A DNA stretch of 64,000 nt from an uncultured Spirochaetota bacterium (lineage in GTDB: Bacteria; Spirochaetota; Brevinematia; Brevinematales; JAOACQ01), in contig CAVYGN010000001.1 of assembly GCA_963768055.1 (NCBI GenBank), positions 1,248,001 to 1,312,000 of the forward strand, in the 5' to 3' direction. The notes below the pieces were generated by a model, which was not told where the DNA came from, did not search any database, and saw only the letters and a list, made by a program, of their open reading frames with translations. This document shows, in pieces, positions 31,337-40,938 of the stretch. Numbering within the stretch: position 1 is the first letter of the stretch; the number at the start of each line of letters is the position of its first letter. The position numbers were made by a program, and so were the translations under genes.

Positions 31337-32353
31337 CTAAAAATTAATTTCGTCACCGATATAAAACCTTGTATATACTCCATCGGAGCCGATCAAAATC
31401 CCAAACGAATCTACCTTGAAAAATTCCTTTTTAAGAGAAACCTCGTAAAGAGTTGGGGCGTAATTCATTATCAACTCCCTGAAACCCAGGGTAAATTCAT
31501 GCCAGGTTACCGCTTCCTCAAGCCTTACCCAGATATTTCCTGTAAGGGGATCATAAGTCTGGTCAGCGGAATTTGTTGTGCCTCCCCCCCAGTAAATCCC
31601 CTCAAGAATGCCATTGAAGGTAAAATCCCCAGCCTGGTATTTTCCCCCGAAACTCAACTGGCTGCAGGTCGCTATATTAGAAAGGCCGGTATCGAACCAG
31701 TTTGTAACTATCTCCGAATGCTGAAATAAAGCTCTTATATAGAAATTATCGAAAGTAATTTTCCCAAGAATCGCCTTGGGTATATCGTGCCTGAAATCCC
31801 CCTGGGAATAAGCCAGTTCGAAATGATCATCCATGTAGCCTGCCCTGATCCCCGCCGGCGGCACGACATAATTAATATTGTTGTTTACGTACTGCGGAGG
31901 CGAATCATAAGTCTCCGTCGAGTTATTTCCGTTTATATACGATGGAAAAAGCATGAAAGTTTCGGTATTGAACTGGTAGACGGCCGCTCCTCGCAGGGAA
32001 ATGAAAAACATTTTAAACAGCCTGTATTCCGAACCGTAATCGTAGAGATTGAGGTTGCCCAGGTCATACCCGTAGTTAGTATCCGGATTATGAGTATCTT
32101 TATAACCGTAAACAGTGGCGAATATCTGCAGATCGTTTATATCGTCGCTAAAATCGTAATTCCCTCTTGCATACATAAACCTCACCTGTGCCGTATCGGA
32201 GTGGAAACCGTAACTCGCCAGCCCGTAAGAATGAATGTCGAAAGCGTTTGTCTCAAAGTAGTCGTCAGATATGTAGTCGATTGAAAAAGCGGTTCCAGCG
32301 CAGATAACCATTGCCGCCGATATAGCAACCGCCGCAGAATACTTAAACATCAA
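31337..32353 (-). CDS. Exported protein, probable outer-membrane beta-barrel
   Basis: Signal peptide ending AFS; aromatic/Gly-rich alternating strands; C-terminal YIGDEINF. Confidence 0.55.
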   Translation of the reverse strand: MMFKYSAAVAISAAMVICAGTAFSIDYISDDYFETNAFDIHSYGLASYGFHSDTAQVRFMYARGNYDFSDDINDLQIFATVYGYKDTHNPDTNYGYDLGNLNLYDYGSEYRLFKMFFISLRGAAVYQFNTETFMLFPSYINGNNSTETYDSPPQYVNNNINYVVPPAGIRAGYMDDHFELAYSQGDFRHDIPKAILGKITFDNFYIRALFQHSEIVTNWFDTGLSNIATCSQLSFGGKYQAGDFTFNGILEGIYWGGGTTNSADQTYDPLTGNIWVRLEEAVTWHEFTLGFRELIMNYAPTLYEVSLKKEFFKVDSFGILIGSDGVYTRFYIGDEINF

Positions 32354-32383
32354 TAGCTCCTAAAAAATGATCATTAGTATAAA

Positions 32384-32554
32384 GGGCAGATAAAATAATT
32401 CAAGAATATTGCTTATTGCATTACGGGCGGTTCCAAAAACTATTTTTGAAATTAACAATTATTGTCCTGATTGTAATCAAGATCGTCCTATGAGCCCTGG
32501 TGCCTGGCCCCAGGACAGGTGCGCTTGTCCCCGTAGGGCCCGTAGGGAGCGCCC
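32384..32554 (-). repeat. MITE-like repeat family A, copy 2 (inverted)
   Basis: Reverse complement of the 37-nt core at 32490-32526 with 1 mismatch; ends GGGCAGATAAAATAATTCAAGAATATTG and GAGCGCCC. Confidence 0.8.
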
Positions 32555-32642
32555 TAAAGCGAAATATTAAAATTTTAAAGATAAGGGACAGTAATCCTGA
32601 AAAATGATTGAACGGGGTTTACTTGCTACTTGCAGCTCGTAA

Positions 32643-33746
32643 CTAAATAATATCCAGATGGCTGTACAATATGAAAAAAGATATCAGAAATGACAGAATC
32701 AGGATCAGAAAACCGGAGGCTGTTTTTAAAAAGACGCTTTTCCTGTTTCTAACCCGGCCCATTAACGATATATCCAGTAAAGCCTTGATCCTTAACAGCA
32801 GCGGCGATGATTCGGTATAAAGGCACGACATGAGGGAAAATTGAGGGGTTTTTATATAAAAGGCGGCTTTTTTTAAAAGCTCCGCAAGGGTAATCGAATT
32901 GCAGTCATAGTTAACGCAGTTGTTATCACAGGTCAATTCCCTCGTCAGGTTGATCTTTTTCACATATTGGTGGATAAAGGGTATAAACCAGAAAAATGAT
33001 TTCATCAAAATCACTAAATGCTGGGTCAACGCGTTCAACCAGCCTATATGCCCTATCTCATGCACTATCAGTGCCTCATATTCTTCATCTGTCAGCTTTT
33101 TATAAAAATTAGCCGGGATTATAATTTTAGGGTTCATTATTCCATAGGAGAAGGGTGAAAAACCCTTTTCAGCGGATATCCATATTTTAATCTTTTTACT
33201 TTCCAGACGCTTAATGAGCTGCGTATTCGTGATCACGCGCTTTGACAATTGCGAACCTGCCAAAATGATTTTTGTGGTTATTATGGAATAAGCGGTTTTA
33301 ATAACGCTAATTATCAACAGGAATAATGATACAGTTAAGAGAGACAAAACTATCATGAGGGTGTATTTAAAACCGATATGCTGAGTAAAGATATCGGTAA
33401 GAGTAACCATATAGTTATTGTAAATCGAGATATACATATAAAATGTAGGAATATAATAATATGTAGGACCAGCTCCCATGTGAAGGGTCATCGACTGTGG
33501 AAGTCGATTGACAATGTCAATTCCCCTCGCGACAGCCCAGGAGGCGGTATTAAAATTAAATATTATATCATAAATAATTTTCAGAAATGGAAGCATTCTA
33601 AAAAAATAAACAGTCTTGAACATTTTCTTCCTGTTGAAGCCCAGGATCAGGATAAAAAACTCTACCATAAGGGCAGATATACCGAAAGCTATAATGCTGT
33701 TGAAAACAATATTAGCCAAATAATAAATTAAAATTTCACCCGGCAT
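32643..33746 (-). CDS. M56 family (BlaR1/MecR1-type) membrane metallopeptidase without a penicillin-binding domain
   Basis: PFSYG..NPKIIIP, HEIGH, FFWF.P, RELTCD. Confidence 0.88.
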   Translation of the reverse strand: MPGEILIYYLANIVFNSIIAFGISALMVEFFILILGFNRKKMFKTVYFFRMLPFLKIIYDIIFNFNTASWAVARGIDIVNRLPQSMTLHMGAGPTYYYIPTFYMYISIYNNYMVTLTDIFTQHIGFKYTLMIVLSLLTVSLFLLIISVIKTAYSIITTKIILAGSQLSKRVITNTQLIKRLESKKIKIWISAEKGFSPFSYGIMNPKIIIPANFYKKLTDEEYEALIVHEIGHIGWLNALTQHLVILMKSFFWFIPFIHQYVKKINLTRELTCDNNCVNYDCNSITLAELLKKAAFYIKTPQFSLMSCLYTESSPLLLRIKALLDISLMGRVRNRKSVFLKTASGFLILILSFLISFFILYSHLDII

Positions 33747-33753
33747 TTTCTAA

Positions 33754-34140
33754 TCAAACCCTCTTTAATTCCTTTTTTCTTTTTTCGATCAATTTGCTGA
33801 TAAGAGCAAGTTCTTCGTCATGAATATCATCCGCGTTGTCGATAAGGTAATTAACCATTTGAAAAGATTTCCCGCCGAAAATCGATTTCTTGATTTTATC
33901 GAGCATTGAACTGATAGCCTGGCTCTTTTCCATTTTGATGCTGAATACGTAGTTTTTACCGACTTTCGACCTGTCAACCATTCCCTTTGTAAACATCCTT
34001 GAAAGAACGGTTAAAATCGTCGTATAAGCCACATCTTTTCCTATTGAATTCTGCACATCAAAAACGCTCGCTTCCTTTTTTTCCCATAAGACGTTCATAA
34101 CCTTAAGTTCCAGTTCTCCGAAAATTCTTTTTTGTTCCAT
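33754..34140 (-). CDS. BlaI/MecI/CopY family repressor
   Basis: GELELKVMNVLW, AYTTILTVLSRM..KG. Confidence 0.92.
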   Translation of the reverse strand: MEQKRIFGELELKVMNVLWEKKEASVFDVQNSIGKDVAYTTILTVLSRMFTKGMVDRSKVGKNYVFSIKMEKSQAISSMLDKIKKSIFGGKSFQMVNYLIDNADDIHDEELALISKLIEKRKKELKRV

Positions 34141-34177
34141 GGGCCATCCTTAAGATCAATTATTTAATAACAATATT

Positions 34178-34206
34178 ATTATACTACATATGTAGTATGA
34201 TGTCAA
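34178..34206 (-). promoter_or_regulatory. Consensus sigma70 promoter containing a BlaI/CopY operator
   Basis: Minus strand TTGACA-N17-TATAAT; perfect palindrome ATACTACATATGTAGTAT (34181-34198) with TACA-NN-TGTA core. Confidence 0.88.
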
Positions 34207-34542
34207 GCAATATTTTTCGGAAAAATATTAGTTATAAGCAAAAGTTGAAACCGCAGATTATTTATGCCCGCAGGGTACACAGATTAAGTGGAATCCGAGG
34301 TTCAAGTTCTCGATTTATAACAGATGCACAATAAATCTCTCTAAATGTTCTCGTTTTAATTGAATAATTTGAATTAAAGGATTAAAATATATCGGATAAT
34401 GCGTTGTTTTTTTTTAACAAACTATCACTAATAATTTAAAAATACTTAACTGCGCGGGGTAAATGGTCGAAAATTTAAGTAGGATAATTTTGCCCCCTGT
34501 TAAACCGCTTCTTTTGCCTTTATATTGGAAGATGGAGTTAAA

Positions 34543-35781
34543 ATGCCGGAAGAGATCGTATTCGAGGTAGCCAACTTTAAAAAAAATTCCTATATCATCA
34601 TTGAAGACCAGGAAGATTCCAACGAATTTTTTATAATTAAACAGGGCAAAGTCATTGAAAACCGCTTTGCATCGGCGATCGAATCGGAGAGCGGTACAAA
34701 CCTGACAGTCGGAGATTTCTTCGGGGTAATATCCTGCATGACAAAAAGGCCCAGGATTGAAACCGTACAGGCAGTCGAAGACACCTCTACGATAGTTGTC
34801 AAAAGAGAATACTTCGGCTCCCTCATTCAGAAGAACACGCCTATTGCCATGAAAATACTCAGGTATTTCGGCAGGCAGCTCAGATATTACGATTCGCTAT
34901 TGACAAAAATGACTCTTAAATCCTCTATTGAAGAAAATCCCAATTATCTCTTCAACATCGGCGAGTATTATAATTCGATGAATATGCCGACCAATGCCGC
35001 TTATGCTTATCTCCATTATATAAAATTTTGCCCTGACGGCGGCTATGTCCCCATGGCTAAAATGAAACTGGCTAAGATCAATCCGTCGCAGGATGCGCTC
35101 CTGCCTGCAAAGGAAAGTTTTTATTCGCTGTATAAAGACGGCCAGATAATTTTTCTTGAACATGAACCCGGAGCTGAATTATATATACTGCAGGAAGGAA
35201 AAATTAAGATAACAAAACTGGTCAATAATAATGAGATCCTTTTAGCCGTTCTTAAGAAAGGGGATATTTTCGGCGAAATGTCTTTACTTGACAACAAGCC
35301 CAGAAGCGCCAGCGCTATCGCTTTCGGGAACGCTAAATTAATGGTTGTAAGTAAGGCCAATTTCGAACCCATGGTTCAGGCCCATCCTGAAATTGCAACA
35401 AAAATAATAGAACTTTTGAGCGAAAGAACATGGATAATATATAAGCAATTTTCCAATGTTTTAATAAAAGATCCTATCGGGAAATTATATGATGCTCTAT
35501 ATACACATCTGCAAAAGGCCCGGGTACCGATAAACCCGAGCACGGCTCATACTTTTGATTTCGGGTCTGAAGAGCTGATAAAATTAGTCGGTTTCAACTC
35601 CGAGGAAGGTCATATCAATATAAAAAAGTTTTTCGACGAGGACAAAACTTTAAGTATTCAGGACGGTAAAATTTTCTCAAAAGATGTAACCAGTATAGAA
35701 AAGATGGTACATGTTTACAGAAGGAATATGGAACTTGAGAAAAAGCGTTTGGCCCCTCAGCAAACCTCCTCGTTGTATTGA
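34543..35781 (+). CDS. Tandem cNMP-binding domain protein (Crp/Fnr-like) with central TPR-like segment
   Basis: GDFFGVISC...PRIET and GDIFGEMSLLDNKPRSASA; LFNIGEYY...AYAY; ATG 34543. Confidence 0.85.
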   Translation: MPEEIVFEVANFKKNSYIIIEDQEDSNEFFIIKQGKVIENRFASAIESESGTNLTVGDFFGVISCMTKRPRIETVQAVEDTSTIVVKREYFGSLIQKNTPIAMKILRYFGRQLRYYDSLLTKMTLKSSIEENPNYLFNIGEYYNSMNMPTNAAYAYLHYIKFCPDGGYVPMAKMKLAKINPSQDALLPAKESFYSLYKDGQIIFLEHEPGAELYILQEGKIKITKLVNNNEILLAVLKKGDIFGEMSLLDNKPRSASAIAFGNAKLMVVSKANFEPMVQAHPEIATKIIELLSERTWIIYKQFSNVLIKDPIGKLYDALYTHLQKARVPINPSTAHTFDFGSEELIKLVGFNSEEGHINIKKFFDEDKTLSIQDGKIFSKDVTSIEKMVHVYRRNMELEKKRLAPQQTSSLY

Positions 35782-35883
35782 TTCCAGCCCCTTTCCTTTA
35801 CCTTTTTTAAGAAGTATGTTAAAATTACTTTAAGGATAAATGTTTTTTTATTTGCTTTTTCAATATCTTTTGCAGAGGTTTTT

Positions 35884-36474
35884 ATGGCCCTTTACCGCCT
35901 TCAGAAATGCAGCATCTGCGGTGAAGAAGAAGCCCTGATATTTGTCAAGCTTATAGGAAATGATAAAATTGAGGAAAAGGGGCTTTGCGCGCATTGCGCC
36001 ATCAGATATATGAACGGCAAAGAAAAGATAAAAAGTCTCCAGTTTATCGACAGGCGAGTTCTCGATGCGCTTGAAGAGATGAGGACCCTCCTGACTGCCA
36101 TTGTTTCAAACATACAATTCATAAGTGATGTCCTGGGCAAAGACGACAAGAATGAGGTTAAATGCCCTAACTGCGGAATATCTTATAATGATTTAAAAGC
36201 AAATGTATTTTTCGGTTGCCCGGTCTGCTACCAGACTTTCAGGGAATTTATTAAAGAATTTATTGTTGAAGTTGAAAGGGGGCCTTTGCATAAGGGCCGA
36301 ATGCCGAGAAAATATATACGATTGTATCTTCTAAAAAAAGAGGTCCTTTTCCTAAAAAATCAGTTGAAAAAGCTTATTTTCCAGGAAAGATACGAAGAGG
36401 CCGAAAAAACGAAAAAGAGGCTCGAAAGGCTGATAGGCAGCTATCCTGTCGGAAAGGAAGATGAGATCAATTGA
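35884..36474 (+). CDS. mcsA: McsA-like protein (CxxC motifs and UVR domain)
   Basis: CSIC, CAHCA, CPNCG, GCPVCY, HKGRMP, ERYEEA; lies upstream of mcsB-clpC. Confidence 0.85.
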   Translation: MALYRLQKCSICGEEEALIFVKLIGNDKIEEKGLCAHCAIRYMNGKEKIKSLQFIDRRVLDALEEMRTLLTAIVSNIQFISDVLGKDDKNEVKCPNCGISYNDLKANVFFGCPVCYQTFREFIKEFIVEVERGPLHKGRMPRKYIRLYLLKKEVLFLKNQLKKLIFQERYEEAEKTKKRLERLIGSYPVGKEDEIN

Positions 36475-37492
36475 TTTTCCCAAGCATCAGGAGAGAAAAA
36501 GAAACTCTCTTGATCAATTGGTTTTTACTACTAGAGTAAGAATCGCCCGTAATCTTGACGGCATTAAATTTCCGCTTATTCTATCTGAGAAGGAAAAGAG
36601 CGATATTAACGATCAGGTCAGTAATTATATTACAAAACTTCCAATAGACATTAAAATCGAGACCCTTGACGATATGCCCAGGGAAAAGGTATTAATATAC
36701 CTGTCAAACCATATAATAACCAACGAATTTATCAGGAACGGCAGGGTATTGGCCTATGACATCAATGGAAATTGGGTCATTCTGCTCAATGAAGACGATC
36801 ATATCCGTATATTTGCGATCGAGGAAGGGTACAATGTTAAAAATATATATAACAGAATATCCAGTATATTGATCCAGCTTGAAGATGAAATAGATTTCGC
36901 CTTTGATGAAAAATACGGCTATCTGACTGCATCGGCTATGAATTTCGGTACAGGGCTCAGGCTATCAACTCTTGTAAATCTTTACGGGCTGACTGCGGAA
37001 AAGCACATTGAAAATTTCATCGCGAGCGCTAACAAAACCGGCTATTCTGTTACTAACATAGCCGCATCTTCAAACGATTCCCCTTTGTTCTATATCTGCA
37101 ATGTCTTTTCCCTGGGATTATCGGAGGAAGAACTGGTTAATGAATTCGAGACTTTTCTTCAAAGGCTTAACGAACTGGAAATGGAATCCAGATTGTCTTT
37201 TTTCAGCAAAAAGGATGAGCTTGAACTTTCCCTGGAAGAAATAATGGAACTCAATAAAAAAGATAGGATAGATTGGAATAATCTTATTTATTACATCGCT
37301 CTTATCGATGCCTTGAACAAAAAGCATATTGTGGCCGATAATGTTAACCGGATCAGAAACCTTATATTCCAGTGTACCGATGAATACATACAGTATAAAT
37401 TGATGGCCGAAGCGAACGATATACCTAATATAAGGATCAGGATGCTGAAAAAAAGCATTTCGAATTTGAAATATAAAAATCGGAGCGTCTGA
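36461..37492 (+). CDS. mcsB: McsB-like ATP:guanido phosphotransferase, catalytically degenerate
   Basis: TRVRIARNL, NEDDHIRI, FAFDEKYGYLTASAMNFGTGLR; located between mcsA and clpC. Confidence 0.8.
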   Translation: MRSIDFPKHQERKRNSLDQLVFTTRVRIARNLDGIKFPLILSEKEKSDINDQVSNYITKLPIDIKIETLDDMPREKVLIYLSNHIITNEFIRNGRVLAYDINGNWVILLNEDDHIRIFAIEEGYNVKNIYNRISSILIQLEDEIDFAFDEKYGYLTASAMNFGTGLRLSTLVNLYGLTAEKHIENFIASANKTGYSVTNIAASSNDSPLFYICNVFSLGLSEEELVNEFETFLQRLNELEMESRLSFFSKKDELELSLEEIMELNKKDRIDWNNLIYYIALIDALNKKHIVADNVNRIRNLIFQCTDEYIQYKLMAEANDIPNIRIRMLKKSISNLKYKNRSV

Positions 37493-40005
37493 TGAATGAT
37501 TTTACTGGTTTTACACCCAGAGCGCAAAAGGTCATAACCATTCTTGCCCAGCAGGAAGCAAGAAGATTGTTCAACGACCAGGTTCTGCCCGAACATCTCT
37601 TTCTGGGCATTTTGAGAGAATCCGACAGCGCCGGCATCAGGACCCTTGTTTATATAGGCCTTGATCTTGATGATATAAAAAGAGAGCTTGAAATGATTTT
37701 GAGGAGTAAATCGACCAATACTCTTACTCTCGGCGGCATACCGCCTTCCAACAGGTTTAAAACCGTAATCGAGCTCTGTAAACAGGAATCAAAAGTTATC
37801 GGGCATAATTATATAGGGACAGAGCATATTTTGCTTGGATTATTGGCTGAAGAAGACCCCGACGCTCTTATACCCATAATTTTCGCAAACAGGAATATTG
37901 AATTACATTTTATGCGCCAGTCAGTTATCAAGACAGTCGGATACGGCGAAATAAATGTGACAAAACTTAAGAAAAAACAGGTTAAAACCCAATTTCTTGA
38001 CCGGTATTCCAAAAATCTCACCCAAATGGCTGCTTCGGATAAGCTTGATCCTGTTATCGGCAGAGGGGTTGAGTTAAAAAGGATAGTCCAAGTCCTCTGC
38101 AGAAGGCAGAAGAACAACCCGATCCTGATCGGTGAACCGGGAGTGGGTAAAACTGCTATAATTGAAGGTCTTGCACAATTAATTGCAAATAATACCGTCC
38201 CGGATAAACTTATTGACAAAAGGATCATGCTGCTTGACCTTGGCCTTGTGGTAGCAGGCACTAAATACAGGGGCGAATTCGAAGAAAGGATGAAAAATAT
38301 TATTAAAGAAGCTGAAGAATCGGAAGATGTAATTCTTTTCATCGATGAAATTCATACAATATTGGGTGCCGGAAACGCAGAGGGGGCCCTGGACGCCTCA
38401 AATATGCTCAAACCCGCTTTGGCAAGAGGTACAATAAGGTGCATTGGGGCCACGACTTTCGATGAATACAGGAAACGGATCGAAAGGGACAAAGCTCTTC
38501 TGCGCAGGTTCCAGCCTATTACAGTCAATGAACCGACTATCGAAGAGACCATTGAAATATTGCTGAAAATAAAGTTCAAGTACGAACAATATCATAATGT
38601 CGCTTATACCGACAGGGCAATAGAGGCTGCAGTGAAACTTGCCAACAGGTATGTTACTGACAGGAAACTGCCGGATAAAGCCATAGATCTTATAGATGAA
38701 GCCGGAGCATTTTGCGGAATATCCCTGGATGGAAAACCTGAAGAGCTTCTTAAAGTCGAACGGGAAATAAATGTCCTGGAGGAAAAAAAGAACAACATGG
38801 TAAAATCCCAGGTTTATGAAAAAGCCGCCTATATAAGGGATAAAATCAAAGAACTCAGAGGGATTTATGAAGAGGCTAAATCACAATGGCTTTCGGAAAA
38901 TAAAATGGATAAAATTTTGATCGATCAAAAGGAGATTGAACTCGTCCTTTCTTCAATAACAAATATCCCTATTCACCGGCTTGACGATGAAAATAATAAA
39001 AAAAGATATTTGAATATAAGCACGGAATTAAAAAAAAGTATAAAAGGCCAGGACAAAGCAATTGAAACAATTTCAAACGCTATCAAAAAGAGCGTCGCCG
39101 GCCTTAAAAGGATCGGCAAACCTATATCCAGCCTTATCTTTATCGGGCCTACAGGGGTTGGAAAGACAGCTCTCGCAAAGACCCTTGCTAAATTTATCTT
39201 CGGGTCTGAAGAGGATCTGATCAGGGTGGATATGAGTGAATATATGGAAAAATTCAACGTATCCAAACTTGTAGGAGCCCCTCCCGGATATATTGGCCAT
39301 GAATCCGGGGGAGAGTTGACGGAGAAGATTAGAAGAAAACCCTATTCGGTTGTGCTTTTCGACGAAATTGAGAAAGCACATCCTGAAATATTCAATATGC
39401 TTCTCCAGATTCTTGACGAAGGATTTATTACAGACAGCCTTAGTAATAAAGTCGATTTTAGAAATACTATTATTATTCTCACTTCGAATCTTGGAACCGA
39501 TAAACTTGCAAATAAAGGTAATATGGGCTTCCTGGACAACGCTTCAAGCGATGACAAGAATAAGGAATTTCTCTATAACGAGTTAAAGCAGTACTTTAAA
39601 CCTGAATTCCTGAACAGGATAGACGATATTGTAATATTCAATCCGCTTGAAGGTCCGGTCCTGATGGAAATATTTGACAGGATGATCTTTGAGCTCAATG
39701 AAAATCTTACTCTCAAGGGGATTAAATTCAAGATCAGCGATGAAGCCAGGGATTATATAATTGCCGGCGGATTTGAAAGCAAATATGGAGCGAGATCACT
39801 GTCCCGCGCCATCAGCAAATATATTGAAATTCCTTCGACCGAACTCCTGCTTAATGAAAATATCAGTACGGATGATTTAAAATCCCCGATTGAAATAGCA
39901 ATATCAATCAAAAAACAAAAGATATCCCTCAAAATAAATTATAAGGGCGTTAAAAAAATATCCAACGGCAGCGATACTTCAATTGAAAAAGCCGGGCTGT
40001 TATAA
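37492..40005 (+). CDS. clpC: ATP-dependent Clp protease ATPase ClpC
   Basis: Clp N repeats, GEPGVGKT, UVR-like middle domain, GPTGVGKT, MGF loop. Confidence 0.93.
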   Translation: MNDFTGFTPRAQKVITILAQQEARRLFNDQVLPEHLFLGILRESDSAGIRTLVYIGLDLDDIKRELEMILRSKSTNTLTLGGIPPSNRFKTVIELCKQESKVIGHNYIGTEHILLGLLAEEDPDALIPIIFANRNIELHFMRQSVIKTVGYGEINVTKLKKKQVKTQFLDRYSKNLTQMAASDKLDPVIGRGVELKRIVQVLCRRQKNNPILIGEPGVGKTAIIEGLAQLIANNTVPDKLIDKRIMLLDLGLVVAGTKYRGEFEERMKNIIKEAEESEDVILFIDEIHTILGAGNAEGALDASNMLKPALARGTIRCIGATTFDEYRKRIERDKALLRRFQPITVNEPTIEETIEILLKIKFKYEQYHNVAYTDRAIEAAVKLANRYVTDRKLPDKAIDLIDEAGAFCGISLDGKPEELLKVEREINVLEEKKNNMVKSQVYEKAAYIRDKIKELRGIYEEAKSQWLSENKMDKILIDQKEIELVLSSITNIPIHRLDDENNKKRYLNISTELKKSIKGQDKAIETISNAIKKSVAGLKRIGKPISSLIFIGPTGVGKTALAKTLAKFIFGSEEDLIRVDMSEYMEKFNVSKLVGAPPGYIGHESGGELTEKIRRKPYSVVLFDEIEKAHPEIFNMLLQILDEGFITDSLSNKVDFRNTIIILTSNLGTDKLANKGNMGFLDNASSDDKNKEFLYNELKQYFKPEFLNRIDDIVIFNPLEGPVLMEIFDRMIFELNENLTLKGIKFKISDEARDYIIAGGFESKYGARSLSRAISKYIEIPSTELLLNENISTDDLKSPIEIAISIKKQKISLKINYKGVKKISNGSDTSIEKAGLL

Positions 40006-40009
40006 AATC

Positions 40010-40723
40010 CTATAATTTTTTCTGGAGATTTTTCAGCTGATTGATCTCTCCCTGGTCTTCGTAAATATTTCCCTCATCGAGCGGAATATTCAGACCCTGT
40101 GTTATTATTTCAGCCGCTTTTTTCCTGTCTAAATCCATCAATAATTCAGCGTAAAACCTGAAAGCGACCCTATTGCCAGGCCCGTATTCGATCGCTTTTT
40201 CATAGTCGCTCTGCGCTTTTTTTGTGTCTCCCACGCTGATAATGGCCGGCGCAAGATGATAAACCCGGGCCCTTAGCATGTAGCCCGAACCGTTTTCATA
40301 TGAAGGATCTATATTAATAGTCTTAGTCGCTTCTTTAATAATAAGGTCTGCTGTGAACAAACTGTCAAGAATACCGTTTGCTTCAGCCCAGGAACCGACG
40401 CTTATCCCCAGGTAATAATGGCCTTCGACCTTGCCCGGCTCCAGATTGGTGGCATTCTCAGCCGCTTTTTTCGCTTCCAGGAAGATCGGTTTTTTTTGTT
40501 CCGCTTTTTGTATATAATTATCAGCTAAATAATGAGCTGAACGCGCAAATTTCCATGCATTTTCGTAATTTGTTTCTTTACTGTACATTTCTTTATAATA
40601 CTCGTAAGCCTTCTTCGCTCCTTCAACACTATTCCTGTTGCTTCAGTAACTATCGTCCGAATCCGAATATACAGCCGCAGTGAAAATAAATAACACAGCG
40701 CTCAGGATGAAAGCCTTAAACAT
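40010..40723 (-). pseudogene. Exported TPR-like helical protein interrupted by an in-frame TGA (40643-40645)
   Basis: ATG 40723 with AAGGAGGT RBS and signal peptide, in frame with ORF 40010..40588; reads SDDSY*SNRNSVEGAKKAYEYY. Confidence 0.65.
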
Positions 40724-40938
40724 AGAAACCTCCTTAACCAGTCAATTATATAATCTTAATCTTAAATTAAGTTATTTTCAATATATTTATGTTTTAATAT
40801 AAAACATTGTAATATATAGTCGATAGTCGACAGTCGACAGTCATACTATCAGTATCCTTTCAACTGTCGACTAACTATAAATTTGCTATATCATTAAGTA
40901 AAATATAAAATCTTCAAAAAGGTTTTCAGGATTGGTAA

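Noticed and set aside
31197..31340. tRNA-Leu as the attachment site of an integrated element
   Set aside because: No integrase and no duplicated tRNA 3' end was found in the window.
40643..40645. Selenocysteine or genetic code 4 explanation for the in-frame TGA
   Set aside because: Many genes here end in TGA, the context is not a redox motif, and no SECIS was evident.
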